Shown: positions 12,112 to 21,601, numbered from the stretch's first letter. The stretch: DNA of 64,000 nucleotides from Dehalococcoidia bacterium (GCA_965207225.1 CBDBLV010000005.1:224001-288000), one strand, 5' to 3'. Made by a program: numbers and translations. The notes: generated by a model from the sequence alone, not told the origin.

Positions 12112-12897
12112 ATGAGACTTGCAGATAAGGTTGCCATAGTTACCGGGTCCACAGCGGGGATTGGAAGGGGCGCCGCGGAACTCTTCGCCAAGGAAGGGGC
12201 CAAGGTGGTGGTCTCGGGCAGGACTGTCGAGGCGGGAGAACGAGTTGCAGAAGGGATTCGGGCGGGGGGCGGGGAGGCAATTTTCGTCAAAGCCGACGTT
12301 TCACTCGCAGCCGACGTCCAGCGGATTGTGGAAGAGACAGTCGCCGCATACGGCAAGCTGGACGTGCTCTTCAACAACGCGGGCACTGGGAGCAAGGGCC
12401 TGACTGCCGACGAGTCGGAGGAGAGTTGGGACCGCTGTATTACGATCAACCTGAAAAGCGTCTTCTTGGGCATAAAGTATGCCGTGCCGGAGATGATCAA
12501 AAACGGCGGCGGCTCCATAGTCAGCAACGCCTCCATGTGGGGTGTCACCGCCAGCCATCGGTGCGCCGGCTCCTACGTCGCTTCCAAGGCGGCGATCATA
12601 GGGCTCACCAAGAAGGCGGCGCTGGACTATGCGAAGCAGAGGATACGGGTGAACTGCATCTCCCCCGGCGACATCGGGTTTGTGGGCATGGAAAATGACG
12701 AGGACTACTGGACTCGACCCGACATTGTCGAAGACTTCGAGACCCGCCAGCCCTACCCCCACATGGGCACCCCCGAAGACTGCGCCTACGCCGTTCTCTA
12801 TCTCGCCAGCGATGAGTCGGCATTCGTCACGGGGACCAACCTTGTGCTGGACGGCGGCATGACCATTGCGGAGATCCTGGCGGGGGGTCGGGGGTGA
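12112..12897 (+). CDS. SDR paralog 4 (more divergent)
   Basis: TGSTAGIG, NNAG, YVASK. Confidence 0.95.
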   Translation: MRLADKVAIVTGSTAGIGRGAAELFAKEGAKVVVSGRTVEAGERVAEGIRAGGGEAIFVKADVSLAADVQRIVEETVAAYGKLDVLFNNAGTGSKGLTADESEESWDRCITINLKSVFLGIKYAVPEMIKNGGGSIVSNASMWGVTASHRCAGSYVASKAAIIGLTKKAALDYAKQRIRVNCISPGDIGFVGMENDEDYWTRPDIVEDFETRQPYPHMGTPEDCAYAVLYLASDESAFVTGTNLVLDGGMTIAEILAGGRG

Positions 12898-13071
12898 AGG
12901 GCCGAGGTCCTGCCAATAGTGTCTAAGCGGCAACTACCGACCCTCGTCCAACATCCCATCTAACAAAGCGAGTTGGAACAAACCTGACTCTCTTTACGTC
13001 TCCACTAGCGTGACCTGAGGCCATGGCGCGCTGTTTTGCCGGTGCGACGCAGGCAATCGTATACTGCCCGA

Positions 13072-13683
13072 ATGTCGCCTCCCGGTAGGACAGCGGAGCC
13101 GGAAGAGGTCCTCGTGGCCCGCAGCCGGGACGGGGATGTCGACGCCTTCAACCGGATCGTGGATATGTACCAGAGGCCGATGTACAACCTGGCGCTCCGA
13201 ATGCTGGGCGACGCCCCCGCTGCAGAGGATGCCACCCAGGACGCTTTCATCTCGGCCTTCCGCAACATTGGCCGGTTCAAGGACGGGAGCCTGAAGTCCT
13301 GGCTCTTCACCATTGCGGCAAACCGGTGCCGGGACATGCTCCGGGCCCGCAGCGTCCGCCCGGCCGAGTCCCTGGACTCGGAGGAGACCACCCTCGACCC
13401 CCCATCCCGCACAGAGTCCCCCGAAGACTACGCCGTCAGGCGAGAGATGGGCCGAAGCATTCAGCAGGCCCTTGCTACTCTCCCTCACGACCAGCGCCTG
13501 GCCGTAGTGTTGATCGACGTGCAGGGCCTGGCCTACGAGGAAGCTGCAGAGGTCATAGGAATTAACGTAGGCACTGTGAAGTCGCGGCTGAGCCGGGGTC
13601 GGGGGCGGATCAGAGATTTGCTGAGGGAGAAGCCGGGGATTCTGCCAGCCCGGTATGGGAGCCAGGACCGAGAGCGTGATTGA
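13072..13683 (+). CDS. ECF RNA polymerase sigma factor
   Basis: [56 protein letters not shown]; TATACT 6 nt before ATG suggests leaderless mRNA. Confidence 0.95.
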   Translation: MSPPGRTAEPEEVLVARSRDGDVDAFNRIVDMYQRPMYNLALRMLGDAPAAEDATQDAFISAFRNIGRFKDGSLKSWLFTIAANRCRDMLRARSVRPAESLDSEETTLDPPSRTESPEDYAVRREMGRSIQQALATLPHDQRLAVVLIDVQGLAYEEAAEVIGINVGTVKSRLSRGRGRIRDLLREKPGILPARYGSQDRERD

Positions 13684-14641
13684 GTTGCTAAAAAGCTTTT
13701 TCGACAGGGGGCACGGGCGCTTCCTGGGGATGCTGTCGGACTTCATCGATGGCGAACTGGAACCCGGGGCCCGGGCGGCGCTGGAAGAGCACCTGGTCGC
13801 CTGTTCGGCCTGCAGCGAGGAGCTGGAGTCGCTGCGGGCGACGGTGCTGATGCTCCGCCGGATGCCGGAAGTCGAGGCGCCGCGCTCGTTCAGGCTGGCA
13901 CCGGCATCCGTGAGCGAAATCTCACCTCCTCCCGAGAAGCCGGTCTTCCAGTGGGCGATGCGGGTGTCGACGGCCGTAGCTGTGGTGGCCTTCACGGTTA
14001 TGGTGGCGGGCAACGTATCAGGGCTTTGGGATGGGGGAGGGTTGAGTGAGGAGGGTCCAGCCGCGTCGGCCTTCGATGCGGAGATGGCTTCTGATTCGCC
14101 GGACTTCATACCGACTTCCACACCCGCAGCTATGATGGATGAACCCGAAGAAATGATGGCCCCCGAGCCGGACATGCCGCCCCGCTCCACGCCCGTGATG
14201 GAGCGGGCAGCCCCCGAGCCCACCGCAATGCCAGAGGCTACGATGGACGAAATGGAAGAAGCAGCCGCGGACGAACCCGCGCTGGACGCGGCAGCAGCTA
14301 TTGCTGAGGACGATAGCCTCGTTGCCGAGGCTGCACCCGAACCCACCGGCACTCCCATGCCCGCGCCTGCAACTGCTCCCATTCCGACTCCTCTACCCAG
14401 CCCAACCCCGACACCCGCGCCTACGGCCACTCCGACCCCAACGCCCGAACCGACACCGGCGCCTACTGCAACACCGGCACCCGAGCCTACACCCTTGCCC
14501 TGGACAAGCACCGATATAGAAGTGGACGATGAGGGAAGAGAGGTGATAACGGGGTTGACTATCGGGTTGGGGATATTGGCTGGTGCGCTGGGCATCGGGA
14601 CGATTTACCTGACGCTGAGGAGGCGTCGGGGGGTGGGGTAG
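13676..14641 (+). CDS. Zinc-binding (zf-HC2) membrane anti-sigma factor
   Basis: HLVACSAC (HxxxCxxC), TM helix, Pro/Glu/Thr-rich extracellular part, second C-terminal TM followed by RRRR; overlaps sigma gene. Confidence 0.9.
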   Translation: MIELLKSFFDRGHGRFLGMLSDFIDGELEPGARAALEEHLVACSACSEELESLRATVLMLRRMPEVEAPRSFRLAPASVSEISPPPEKPVFQWAMRVSTAVAVVAFTVMVAGNVSGLWDGGGLSEEGPAASAFDAEMASDSPDFIPTSTPAAMMDEPEEMMAPEPDMPPRSTPVMERAAPEPTAMPEATMDEMEEAAADEPALDAAAAIAEDDSLVAEAAPEPTGTPMPAPATAPIPTPLPSPTPTPAPTATPTPTPEPTPAPTATPAPEPTPLPWTSTDIEVDDEGREVITGLTIGLGILAGALGIGTIYLTLRRRRGVG

Positions 14642-14693
14642 GGGGTGACACCAACGGAGAGAGACAAGGTGAGGCAGTAGGTTAGGATTCTCT

Positions 14694-15185
14694 CTAGTGA
14701 TGGTTCGGGGTTGAACTCTCGGCAGTGTCAAGGTCACGAAGAACTTCTTCGTAAGCCTCAACACGGGAGGAGTCCCCGGCTTTGCGCGCCTTGTCCAATT
14801 TTCCTCGTATGACGGCTCTGAGCTCCGCCCGTTCCTGGGCCCGACCCTCAGCCCGGCCCTCGGCCCGACCCTCAGCCCGACGTTCTTCCCGTACCCTTTG
14901 CAGCCATCTTTCGGTCAACACCATGATGACACTCCTTGCTTCTGCCGCAATCATGCTAATTGTAGCAGAGCCTATTGCCAGGGAACCCGCGTGGCCCAAA
15001 ACCGCTGTCAGAATTGCTAAGACAGAATTTCTTTGACTGACTCCCTCCAGGGACTCATTTGTCGCAGCTACCGACATTCCTGCGATGAACAGAAGGAAGA
15101 AGGCCGTGAAATAGAACCTCTTTGTGCGAGAGTCGACGGTCCATATGGACTCCCGCTCATTATTGGTGGTCACCTGTCCGTACAC
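14694..15185 (-). CDS. Hypothetical membrane protein with RAEG repeats
   Basis: Two hydrophobic segments then RAEGRAEGRAEGRAQERAE. Confidence 0.6.
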   Translation of the reverse strand: MYGQVTTNNERESIWTVDSRTKRFYFTAFFLLFIAGMSVAATNESLEGVSQRNSVLAILTAVLGHAGSLAIGSATISMIAAEARSVIMVLTERWLQRVREERRAEGRAEGRAEGRAQERAELRAVIRGKLDKARKAGDSSRVEAYEEVLRDLDTAESSTPNHH

Positions 15186-15472
15186 TAGTGCGGCCTCACG
15201 GTCCCAGGGTTAATGCAGTGTTCGACCCAGGCTTCACCGCAGCTTTGGGACTCCTCAGATTAAATGTCATGGGCTGGATAGTTAGACACCATCGTATTAC
15301 TTTCAGGGGCTAGAAGAATTCTTAGACACGAATACGTGGAAGAAACAGACCCTCAAGAGAAGCAATAATAGCACTCTAATGTAACATGCTCAAGCACATG
15401 CCAGGATTGTCCGATGACAATTTCCACAGAAATGTGGGATGGGGAACAAGCAGCTATCCTAAATATCACCTT

Positions 15473-16768
15473 TCACTGAGAGGAAGTCGGGGAGGGGGCC
15501 TCTTCCTTGACGAGGGTGAGTTCGCGGTCCGGGTCCTGGATGCCGAGGTTGGACATGGCGCGGCGGCGGCTGTGGATGCCAGAGCGGACGAGGGTCTCCT
15601 CGTCCTGGACTAGGCGGCTGCGGTCCTGGGGAAGGATGGGGCCCCAGAGGACTTTCGGGCGGACGGGGCCGAAGTCGAGGCCCTGGTATCGCTCAAGGAC
15701 CTGGAGGATCATGCGGGCCCGACGCTCGTAGGCGGAGGTGCGGATGAGGCGCTTGCGGCGGACCTTCTGGACGAGGGGGTTCAGCTCTATGTCCAGGGCC
15801 ACACCGGAAAGGCCACGGGCATTGTCGCCGAAGCTGGGTCTCGGGGATTCGGAGAGGTCATGGAGGGCGCGATAGACGAGGTCGATGAACTCGGTGTGGA
15901 GGCGGACGCCGCCGCCCTGGAGCAGGTCCAGGAGGTAGGCGCGGGAGCTTTCGGGGACCTCCCACACGGCCCCGGGCTGCACGGTGATGTCGCTGGCGTC
16001 CTCTATGTTTTCGAGCACGGCTATGGGGTTGCCGGACAACTCGAGGATCATCGAAAGCTGGGAGAAGGCGCGGTTCAGCTCCCGGGCGGGCTCCATGATG
16101 GCAGGCACGTCGGATGCGCCCCAGAAGCGCTTGGGCTCCCGGATGTTGGGGAAGACGACGAAGGGGATGAAGCCGTAGGGGTTGGCCCGACTCTCCTGCA
16201 TGGCGTTGTCTATCCAGATTTCGAAGGTGTCTGCGGTCCAGACTTCTACGATGGTGGAGTCGGGGCGGTTGCCGCCGGCGGAGGAGGCATGGGCCCCTGA
16301 ACCGTAAAGAAGCTCGACCTCGTCGGCGGAGAGCTTGTAGCGGCTGGCGATGCGCCATACGCGGTTGACGTCGTCGCCGACCCACCAGGCGAAGATTCCC
16401 TGCACGTCGGGGGCGGAGACGCGGACACGCTCTTCTTCGGCATCCCAGGTGACCTTGTAGGCGGCGTCGCCGAGGACAGCGGCGTCGAGTTCGGTGTCGA
16501 AATCGAGCTGCTGCAGGTCGTTGTCGGCGTAGACGGCGGCGAGGGCCCGGCTCGCTTCCTCGGCCCTGCGGGCGGCTTCATCGGAAGAGTCGAAAGGCTC
16601 GACCGTGAAGCCGATGTCGGCCATGAGGTAGGAAGTTATCTTGTCGATGAAGGAGCGGGCGTAGTTGAAGGTGAGGCGTCGCTCCTTGCGGCGGGAGTGG
16701 TCGAGCCACTGTCCGCCGGAGTAGAAGTCGAGGTTTTCGGAGTAGGAGCGGAGGCGGTCGGGGTCCAT
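15473..16768 (-). CDS. Phage portal protein (SPP1 gp6-like)
   Basis: LDFYSGGQW, LTFNYARSFIDK, NPYGFIPFVVFPN, GASDV..I, SGVALDI motifs; start may be further upstream (in-frame ATT at 16804). Confidence 0.88.
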   Translation of the reverse strand: MDPDRLRSYSENLDFYSGGQWLDHSRRKERRLTFNYARSFIDKITSYLMADIGFTVEPFDSSDEAARRAEEASRALAAVYADNDLQQLDFDTELDAAVLGDAAYKVTWDAEEERVRVSAPDVQGIFAWWVGDDVNRVWRIASRYKLSADEVELLYGSGAHASSAGGNRPDSTIVEVWTADTFEIWIDNAMQESRANPYGFIPFVVFPNIREPKRFWGASDVPAIMEPARELNRAFSQLSMILELSGNPIAVLENIEDASDITVQPGAVWEVPESSRAYLLDLLQGGGVRLHTEFIDLVYRALHDLSESPRPSFGDNARGLSGVALDIELNPLVQKVRRKRLIRTSAYERRARMILQVLERYQGLDFGPVRPKVLWGPILPQDRSRLVQDEETLVRSGIHSRRRAMSNLGIQDPDRELTLVKEEAPSPTSSQ

Positions 16769-16861
16769 GCGTTCGATTTGCTGGGGGATTGTCAGGTTTG
16801 TAATGGTTTTCTCTCTTTCTGTGTTTTTGTGAGCAAATGAGGTCTTTTGATTATTGTTTCA

Positions 16862-17250
16862 CCCTCACCCCAGCCCTCTCCCTTAGGGCCTTTAAGGGAG
16901 AGGGGGAGAAATAAACAGAGGCATACGCCTGCGCCTCGGCGCAGGCGTATGCCTCTAGTTTGGTACTGGGGGGAACGGGGGAGGGCCACTCCACCCACTG
17001 AAACGATTGGTGTGTCGGAAGATGCGGTGCACTATTCGATATACCTTTCCCTGCGGGGAAGGGAACCCTCACCCCCTTGATCCCCCTCTCCCTTAGGGCC
17101 ATTAAGGGAGAGGGGGAGAAAAGAACAGAGGCAGACGTTGGCGCTTCAGCGCCAACGTCTGCCTCTAGTTCAATACTGGGGGGAAGGGGGAGGGGGAGCC
17201 AGAGGCCACCCCTGGCTGCCCCAGATTCCTCGCGGGGCATCGGAATGACA
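16862..17250. repeat. Two ~204-bp composite palindromic units between terminase and portal
   Basis: CCCTCACCC..CCCTCTCCCTTAGGGC..TTAAGGGAGAGGGGG at 16862 and 17066, each followed by a long hairpin (GAGGCATACGCCTGCGCC-TC-GGCGCAGGCGTATGCCTC; GAGGCAGACGTTGGCGC-TTCA-GCGCCAACGTCTGCCTC). Confidence 0.85.
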
Positions 17251-17268
17251 TGATGAGGGGTGGTTGTT

Positions 17269-18663
17269 TTATTCATAACCTTGGCGGAGGCGGCCGGTGG
17301 CGCGGCGGGGGATGTAGTGGGAGGCGTGGACGAGGAGGGCCAGGGAGGTGAGGAAGTCGTCGTGGCCCTGGGAGGGGTCTACGAAGAAGTTGATGGTCTG
17401 GTTGGGCCTGACTACGCTCCTTGCTTTCGAGATCTGGGACCAGAACTCGGTGGATTCGGGGGAGCCGTCGGGCTTGTAGGCGTGGAGCCTGCCGGAGTTG
17501 ATGGCGGCGAGGAGGTCGAAGCCGAGGTCCGACTTGCTGCGGGCGGTGAAGTTGAAGGGTTTGACGATGGAGGTTCCCAGAGATTTACGCAGGAAGGCGG
17601 CGACGCCAGCGCCAACGCCTGTGGCGTCGACGACTACCCTGCGGCATTTCCACACGTTTTTGAGAAGGTGAACGAGGGTCGAGTAGATCTCCGTGTGGGG
17701 TTTCCCAGTCCACCAGTGGTGCTCGACCACACTGAGGGAGGGGTTTTTCGATCCGAGGCCGTCGTCGGCGAGGCGAAGCTCGGCGATGGTAAGGACGGTG
17801 GAATCGCTTAAGGTCCGGGTGGCCGAAGTCCCGGTATGGCCAGAGGATTCTACATCGCCGGCGAGGTCTATGCCGGCGACGTAGGTTTGCCCCTGTAGGG
17901 GGGCTTTTGTGCGGCTGTGGTTGCCCTGAAGGAGGGCGAGCCGCGTATTGTCCAGGAACCTTCCATCGTCGGAAACGGGGGTAAGGCAGTACTGGGAGAG
18001 GAACAGGGGATGATCGCTGCCGAGGCGCTGCTGTTCGGCCTCGACGAAGCGCTGGTATTGAGGGTTGTGTTTAGCTACGGCCTGCCAGTCGAACTCGAAG
18101 TGGCGTTGAATGCCATCGGAGCGTTGAAGCTCGAGGTTGGACTGCTTGACCTGCTCAAGCAGCGAGTTTTCTTGCCAGGCGGTGCCGTAGTGGACGGTGG
18201 TGACGTTGGTGGAAGCGCCCATAGGCATGAAGTCGCGGTTGAACTTGTCGGGAGAAACGTCCTGGGACTCGTCGATTTCGAGGAGGATATCGGCGGTGTT
18301 GCCGACGACGTTGCTGGTGGGATGGGCGCTGAGGAAGAGCTGGCGGGCATGGCCGACGCGCAGACAACGGCCATTTTCGATGAGGTAGCAGCGGGAGAGG
18401 CCGGCATGGTCGAAGGTCTGCCGGAGGCGGCGGAAGCTGATGTGGGCCTGGGGGTGGAAGGTGGGGGCGGCCTTCACGGCGGCGCCGCCGGTGGGGGCGT
18501 AGGCGAAGAGGGCGGCGGTCTCGACGTGGGCGGACAACTCGTTCTTGCCGCCCTGGCGGGCGATCATGACGGAGAAGGATAAGCCCTTACTATCGCGGAC
18601 ACTCTCGATGATGGCGCGCCCGATCTCGATCTGGTAGGGCCAGAGGTAGTTGAGGTCTACCAA
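17269..18663 (-). CDS. Phage terminase large subunit
   Basis: Walker A-like ARQGGKNE, Walker B LLEIDESQD, RNase H-like nuclease motifs YVAGIDLAG, VVDATGVG, HDDFLTSLAL. Confidence 0.88.
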   Translation of the reverse strand: MVDLNYLWPYQIEIGRAIIESVRDSKGLSFSVMIARQGGKNELSAHVETAALFAYAPTGGAAVKAAPTFHPQAHISFRRLRQTFDHAGLSRCYLIENGRCLRVGHARQLFLSAHPTSNVVGNTADILLEIDESQDVSPDKFNRDFMPMGASTNVTTVHYGTAWQENSLLEQVKQSNLELQRSDGIQRHFEFDWQAVAKHNPQYQRFVEAEQQRLGSDHPLFLSQYCLTPVSDDGRFLDNTRLALLQGNHSRTKAPLQGQTYVAGIDLAGDVESSGHTGTSATRTLSDSTVLTIAELRLADDGLGSKNPSLSVVEHHWWTGKPHTEIYSTLVHLLKNVWKCRRVVVDATGVGAGVAAFLRKSLGTSIVKPFNFTARSKSDLGFDLLAAINSGRLHAYKPDGSPESTEFWSQISKARSVVRPNQTINFFVDPSQGHDDFLTSLALLVHASHYIPRRATGRLRQGYE

Positions 18664-18881
18664 GGGGTGACCTCGGCGATGCCGAAGACGAACTGGAGCA
18701 TGGCGGCGATCATGACGAAGAAGAAGAGGGTGTTGATGCGACCCTTAATCTCGGCGACCTGCCGCTGGAGCTCTGCGAGGCGCATTTCGAGGACGGCGTC
18801 GAAGGTGGACTCGGGCTTGATAGCCGGAGGCGCGGGGGCGGGGGGCTTGCGGTTGAAGATGTTTATGGGGTTCTTAAGCAT
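18657..18881 (-). CDS. Small coiled-coil plus C-terminal TM protein (holin/XhlA-like candidate)
   Basis: LEMRLAELQRQVAEIKGRIN followed by one TM helix; overlaps both neighbours in the terminase operon. Confidence 0.6.
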   Translation of the reverse strand: MLKNPINIFNRKPPAPAPPAIKPESTFDAVLEMRLAELQRQVAEIKGRINTLFFFVMIAAMLQFVFGIAEVTPW

Positions 18882-19287
18882 TGGTCTTTCCAGGAATCAG
18901 GTCCATGCCGAGCTCCAGGGAGATGTCTTTGATGACGGTGGCGATGCCTTCCGCGGCATCTTCAGGGGAGTCCTTGGAGACGCGGTTCTTGGCGGCGTAG
19001 GCGCGGACGATGAGCTCGATGGTCTTGAGTATGCGGGGTGTGTTGTCGCAGTTCTTATCCGTGAGTTCCTCATGCAGGAGGTCCTTGAGGCGCATCCTGA
19101 GGATGCCGATCTCCGGGTCGGGGTGTTGGATCTCCTGAGCGCTGACAAGCTTCTTCCTTGCAGCTGAGGTGAATACAGGGAAGTAGAAGGAGACACCCGG
19201 GGCGGCGGGCTTTTGGGCCTGGTCGCCCCGGGGCTCCTTAGACACGGGCGACGGGTCGGGTTGGGGGTTGCGCGGGCGGTTGGTCAT
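18874..19287 (-). CDS. Putative terminase small subunit
   Basis: 137-aa helical protein, first gene of terL-portal operon (EIGILRMRLKDLL); positional inference. Confidence 0.5.
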   Translation of the reverse strand: MTNRPRNPQPDPSPVSKEPRGDQAQKPAAPGVSFYFPVFTSAARKKLVSAQEIQHPDPEIGILRMRLKDLLHEELTDKNCDNTPRILKTIELIVRAYAAKNRVSKDSPEDAAEGIATVIKDISLELGMDLIPGKTNA

Positions 19288-19371
19288 TCGGCAGTCCTTT
19301 CAGCCAGTTCGGCAGTTCAATTTTTTCGGCGATGCAACGGGTCCGACGGGTCGGGGCCCGGGTCGGTAGGT

Positions 19372-19401
19372 ATGATAGGACTAATGTACGCAGTGTGTCA
19401 A
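19372..19401 (-). promoter_or_regulatory. Sigma70-type promoter of the terminase/portal operon with LexA-like box in the spacer
   Basis: Minus strand TTGACA (19396-19401), 18 nt, TATCAT (19372-19377); GTAC-ATTA-GTCC (19378-19389) lies between them. Confidence 0.6.
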
Positions 19402-19602
19402 GGGTTATTTGGAGGGAATTTTGGGGGATTTGAGGGGTCGGGGCCGGGGTCGGGGGAGATTATAGAATGCGGGTGCTAGGAAGTCAAATGTTCTGGGAGG
19501 GGGATTGGGGGGGTGGGGAAGATGTCATATTTGGGGAATAGGGTATGTGCTAAGGTAGAAGAGTTAGCAAGGATACCGTGAGCGCCGAGGAGGTGATTTG
19601 TA

Positions 19603-21016
19603 ATGCCAGGCGCGAGGTTCTCCACTCCCTCCAGAGATAGAGGTTCCAAAAGATCTTACCCCTGGACACTGTTGCGGTTGGCCCTGGTGTGCGGGCTGCT
19701 TGGTCTGGCGGCGGCATTGGTCGGGGCCTGCTCCAACGAGCCCGGGCCTGCGTCCACGGCAGTAGCAGAGCCGACGGCTAATCCGACGCCGGTGCCCACG
19801 GCAATGCCAACTCCCGTGCCGACGCCGGTGCCCACGGCAATGCCAACTCCCGTGCCGACACCGGTGCCCACGGCAATGCCAACTTCCGTGCCGACACCGG
19901 CGCCCACGGCAATGCCAACTTCCGTGCCGACACCGGCGCCCACGCCTCTGCCAGCCTCCACCCCGACTCCAGCTCCAACTGCCACCCCCACACCTACCTC
20001 GACGCCTATCCCCACTGCAACGCCAGTGCCCGAACCCACCCTTGATGAGCTACAGCAATACATGCTCAGCCTCATCAACGAAGCCAGAGTTGACAGGGGT
20101 CTGAGGCCGCTGGGCATGGGTTCCAATGGGGCGGCACAAGCCCATGCCGATGACATGATCAACAATTGCTACTCTAGTCATTGGAACCTGCAGGGGCTAA
20201 CTCCGGGTACCCGTTACGCCTTCGCCGACGGTTTTCAGTGGAATCAGGAGATCGTCACTGGAACTGATTACTGCACTCAAGGTGGTGTGCGGAACGCCAC
20301 TTTGCCCGAGCGGGTAAGGAGGGTATTGAAAAGCTGGGAAGGCAGCCCTGGCCATTGGAGTATTGCCATGAATCCAAAGTTCAGCTACACCAACATCGGG
20401 CTCGCTTGGGATACGGGCAACTTCTTTGCCGCCGTGCAATTTGAAGGCGACTTCATTCGATTCAACGGCATACCTACACTTGAAGGGGGTATGTTGAAGG
20501 TAGAGGGCTCTCTGGTTAACGGGGCGGAGATGTACGGGAAGAAAGACCTCCACGTTTACCTCGAATATCGACCCGCCCCCACGAACCTAACACGGGGGCA
20601 GTTGTCGAGAGTGTACGGAATGGCCCTGCCCCTTTCGCGCTGTGAAGGTACGCACCCCACCGGCTCCCGGCAACAGCTACGCCTCCGACACTTACGCCCG
20701 GACACGGACGTATCCTCTGACTCCGCACGAGGTTGACCCGGAGGCCCATGCGCCGCGCTCGCATGGCGAAAGCAGTGCCTTTTGGGAGGAAGCAAAGATC
20801 AGGCCCGAAGTGGAGATAACGAACACCGTCCACTATGCCACCGCCGATGTGTGGGATACGAACTTGGAGACGGGGAAGTTCTTGGTGATTGCCGATGTTT
20901 CAGCCGGTCTCAGGGCCTACGGACCGGGCATCTACGAGCTGGTCATCTTTGCGCTCGTTGATGGAGAGCAGCAAATAGTGTCCGAGTATGCCTTTATTGA
21001 TGATGGGGTTTGGTAA
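19603..21016 (+). pseudogene. CAP/SCP-domain lipoprotein with Pro/Thr repeat linker, apparently frameshifted near 20630 (or sequencing error)
   Basis: Lipobox [33 protein letters not shown]; C-terminal part continues in another frame (20642-21016). Confidence 0.7.
19783..19945 (+). repeat. Coding tandem repeat, 36-bp/24-bp units ([12 protein letters not shown])
   Basis: CCGACGCCGGTGCCCACGGCAATGCCAACT repeated about 4 times. Confidence 0.85.
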
Positions 21017-21069
21017 TGAGACTAAAGCATTTATAGGGTTCAGCCTGCATTCTCTATCTCCTGATCCTG

Positions 21070-21345
21070 GTGTCGGCCCTCCTCGGATACATAGGCTGGT
21101 GGCTGATAGGGGTGGCCATCCTAGCCCTTGCAACGTTAGGAATCTGGCGGACGGCGAGTCGAAAAAAAGAGGTTCCTAGAATGTGCCTGCTAGGCAACTT
21201 GTTGCGATTGATGGAATCTGAGGGGCATGAGGATGTGATTGAGTGTCCGGTGGCAGTCGCCAATCTTCCGGACCGGTGTAGCCCGGTGGGGCTGTGCGAG
21301 ATTCACAGATGTACACGCGAGGACTGTTACTGTCGGACCCGCTAG
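21070..21345 (+). CDS. Hypothetical small membrane protein with Cys-rich C-terminus
   Basis: N-terminal TM helix; C-x-C-rich tail. Confidence 0.4.
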   Translation: MSALLGYIGWWLIGVAILALATLGIWRTASRKKEVPRMCLLGNLLRLMESEGHEDVIECPVAVANLPDRCSPVGLCEIHRCTREDCYCRTR

Positions 21346-21601
21346 CGCAGGATGGATTTCGGCTCGGGGCCGGAATGACGGAGGGGGTGGGGATGATAGA
21401 GGCGATGAGTTGTAGGAGCGTGGGCTACCCCCCCCGCTCATACCCCTCGAGGGACTCGGGGCATGCTTAAGAAGACCTCAGCATGAGCGGCCCATCCCCG
21501 AGGACGGGATCACCCTCACCCTAGCCCTCTCCTCTCAAGGGAGAGGGGGTGGGACCGGGGTCGTGCTAAGATTTGAGAAATACCCTCTCCAGGAGAAAAT
21601 C

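Noticed and set aside
12994-14595. 533-aa minus-strand ORF and similar long antisense ORFs (e.g. 62132-63793, 47862-49214, 9625-10680)
   Set aside because: Shadow ORFs opposite well-supported genes in high-GC DNA, with no recognisable motifs.
15186-15470. AT-richer gap downstream of portal as att site or ncRNA
   Set aside because: No direct repeat partner, tRNA or convincing structure found by eye.
3107-19287. Intact inducible prophage spanning both phage-like operons
   Set aside because: No integrase, att-like repeats, repressor, replication or lysin genes; the intervening 8 kb is host metabolic and regulatory DNA; the modules face opposite directions.
19783-19945. CRISPR-like or regulatory repeat
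   Set aside because: In-frame coding repeat producing a Pro/Thr linker.
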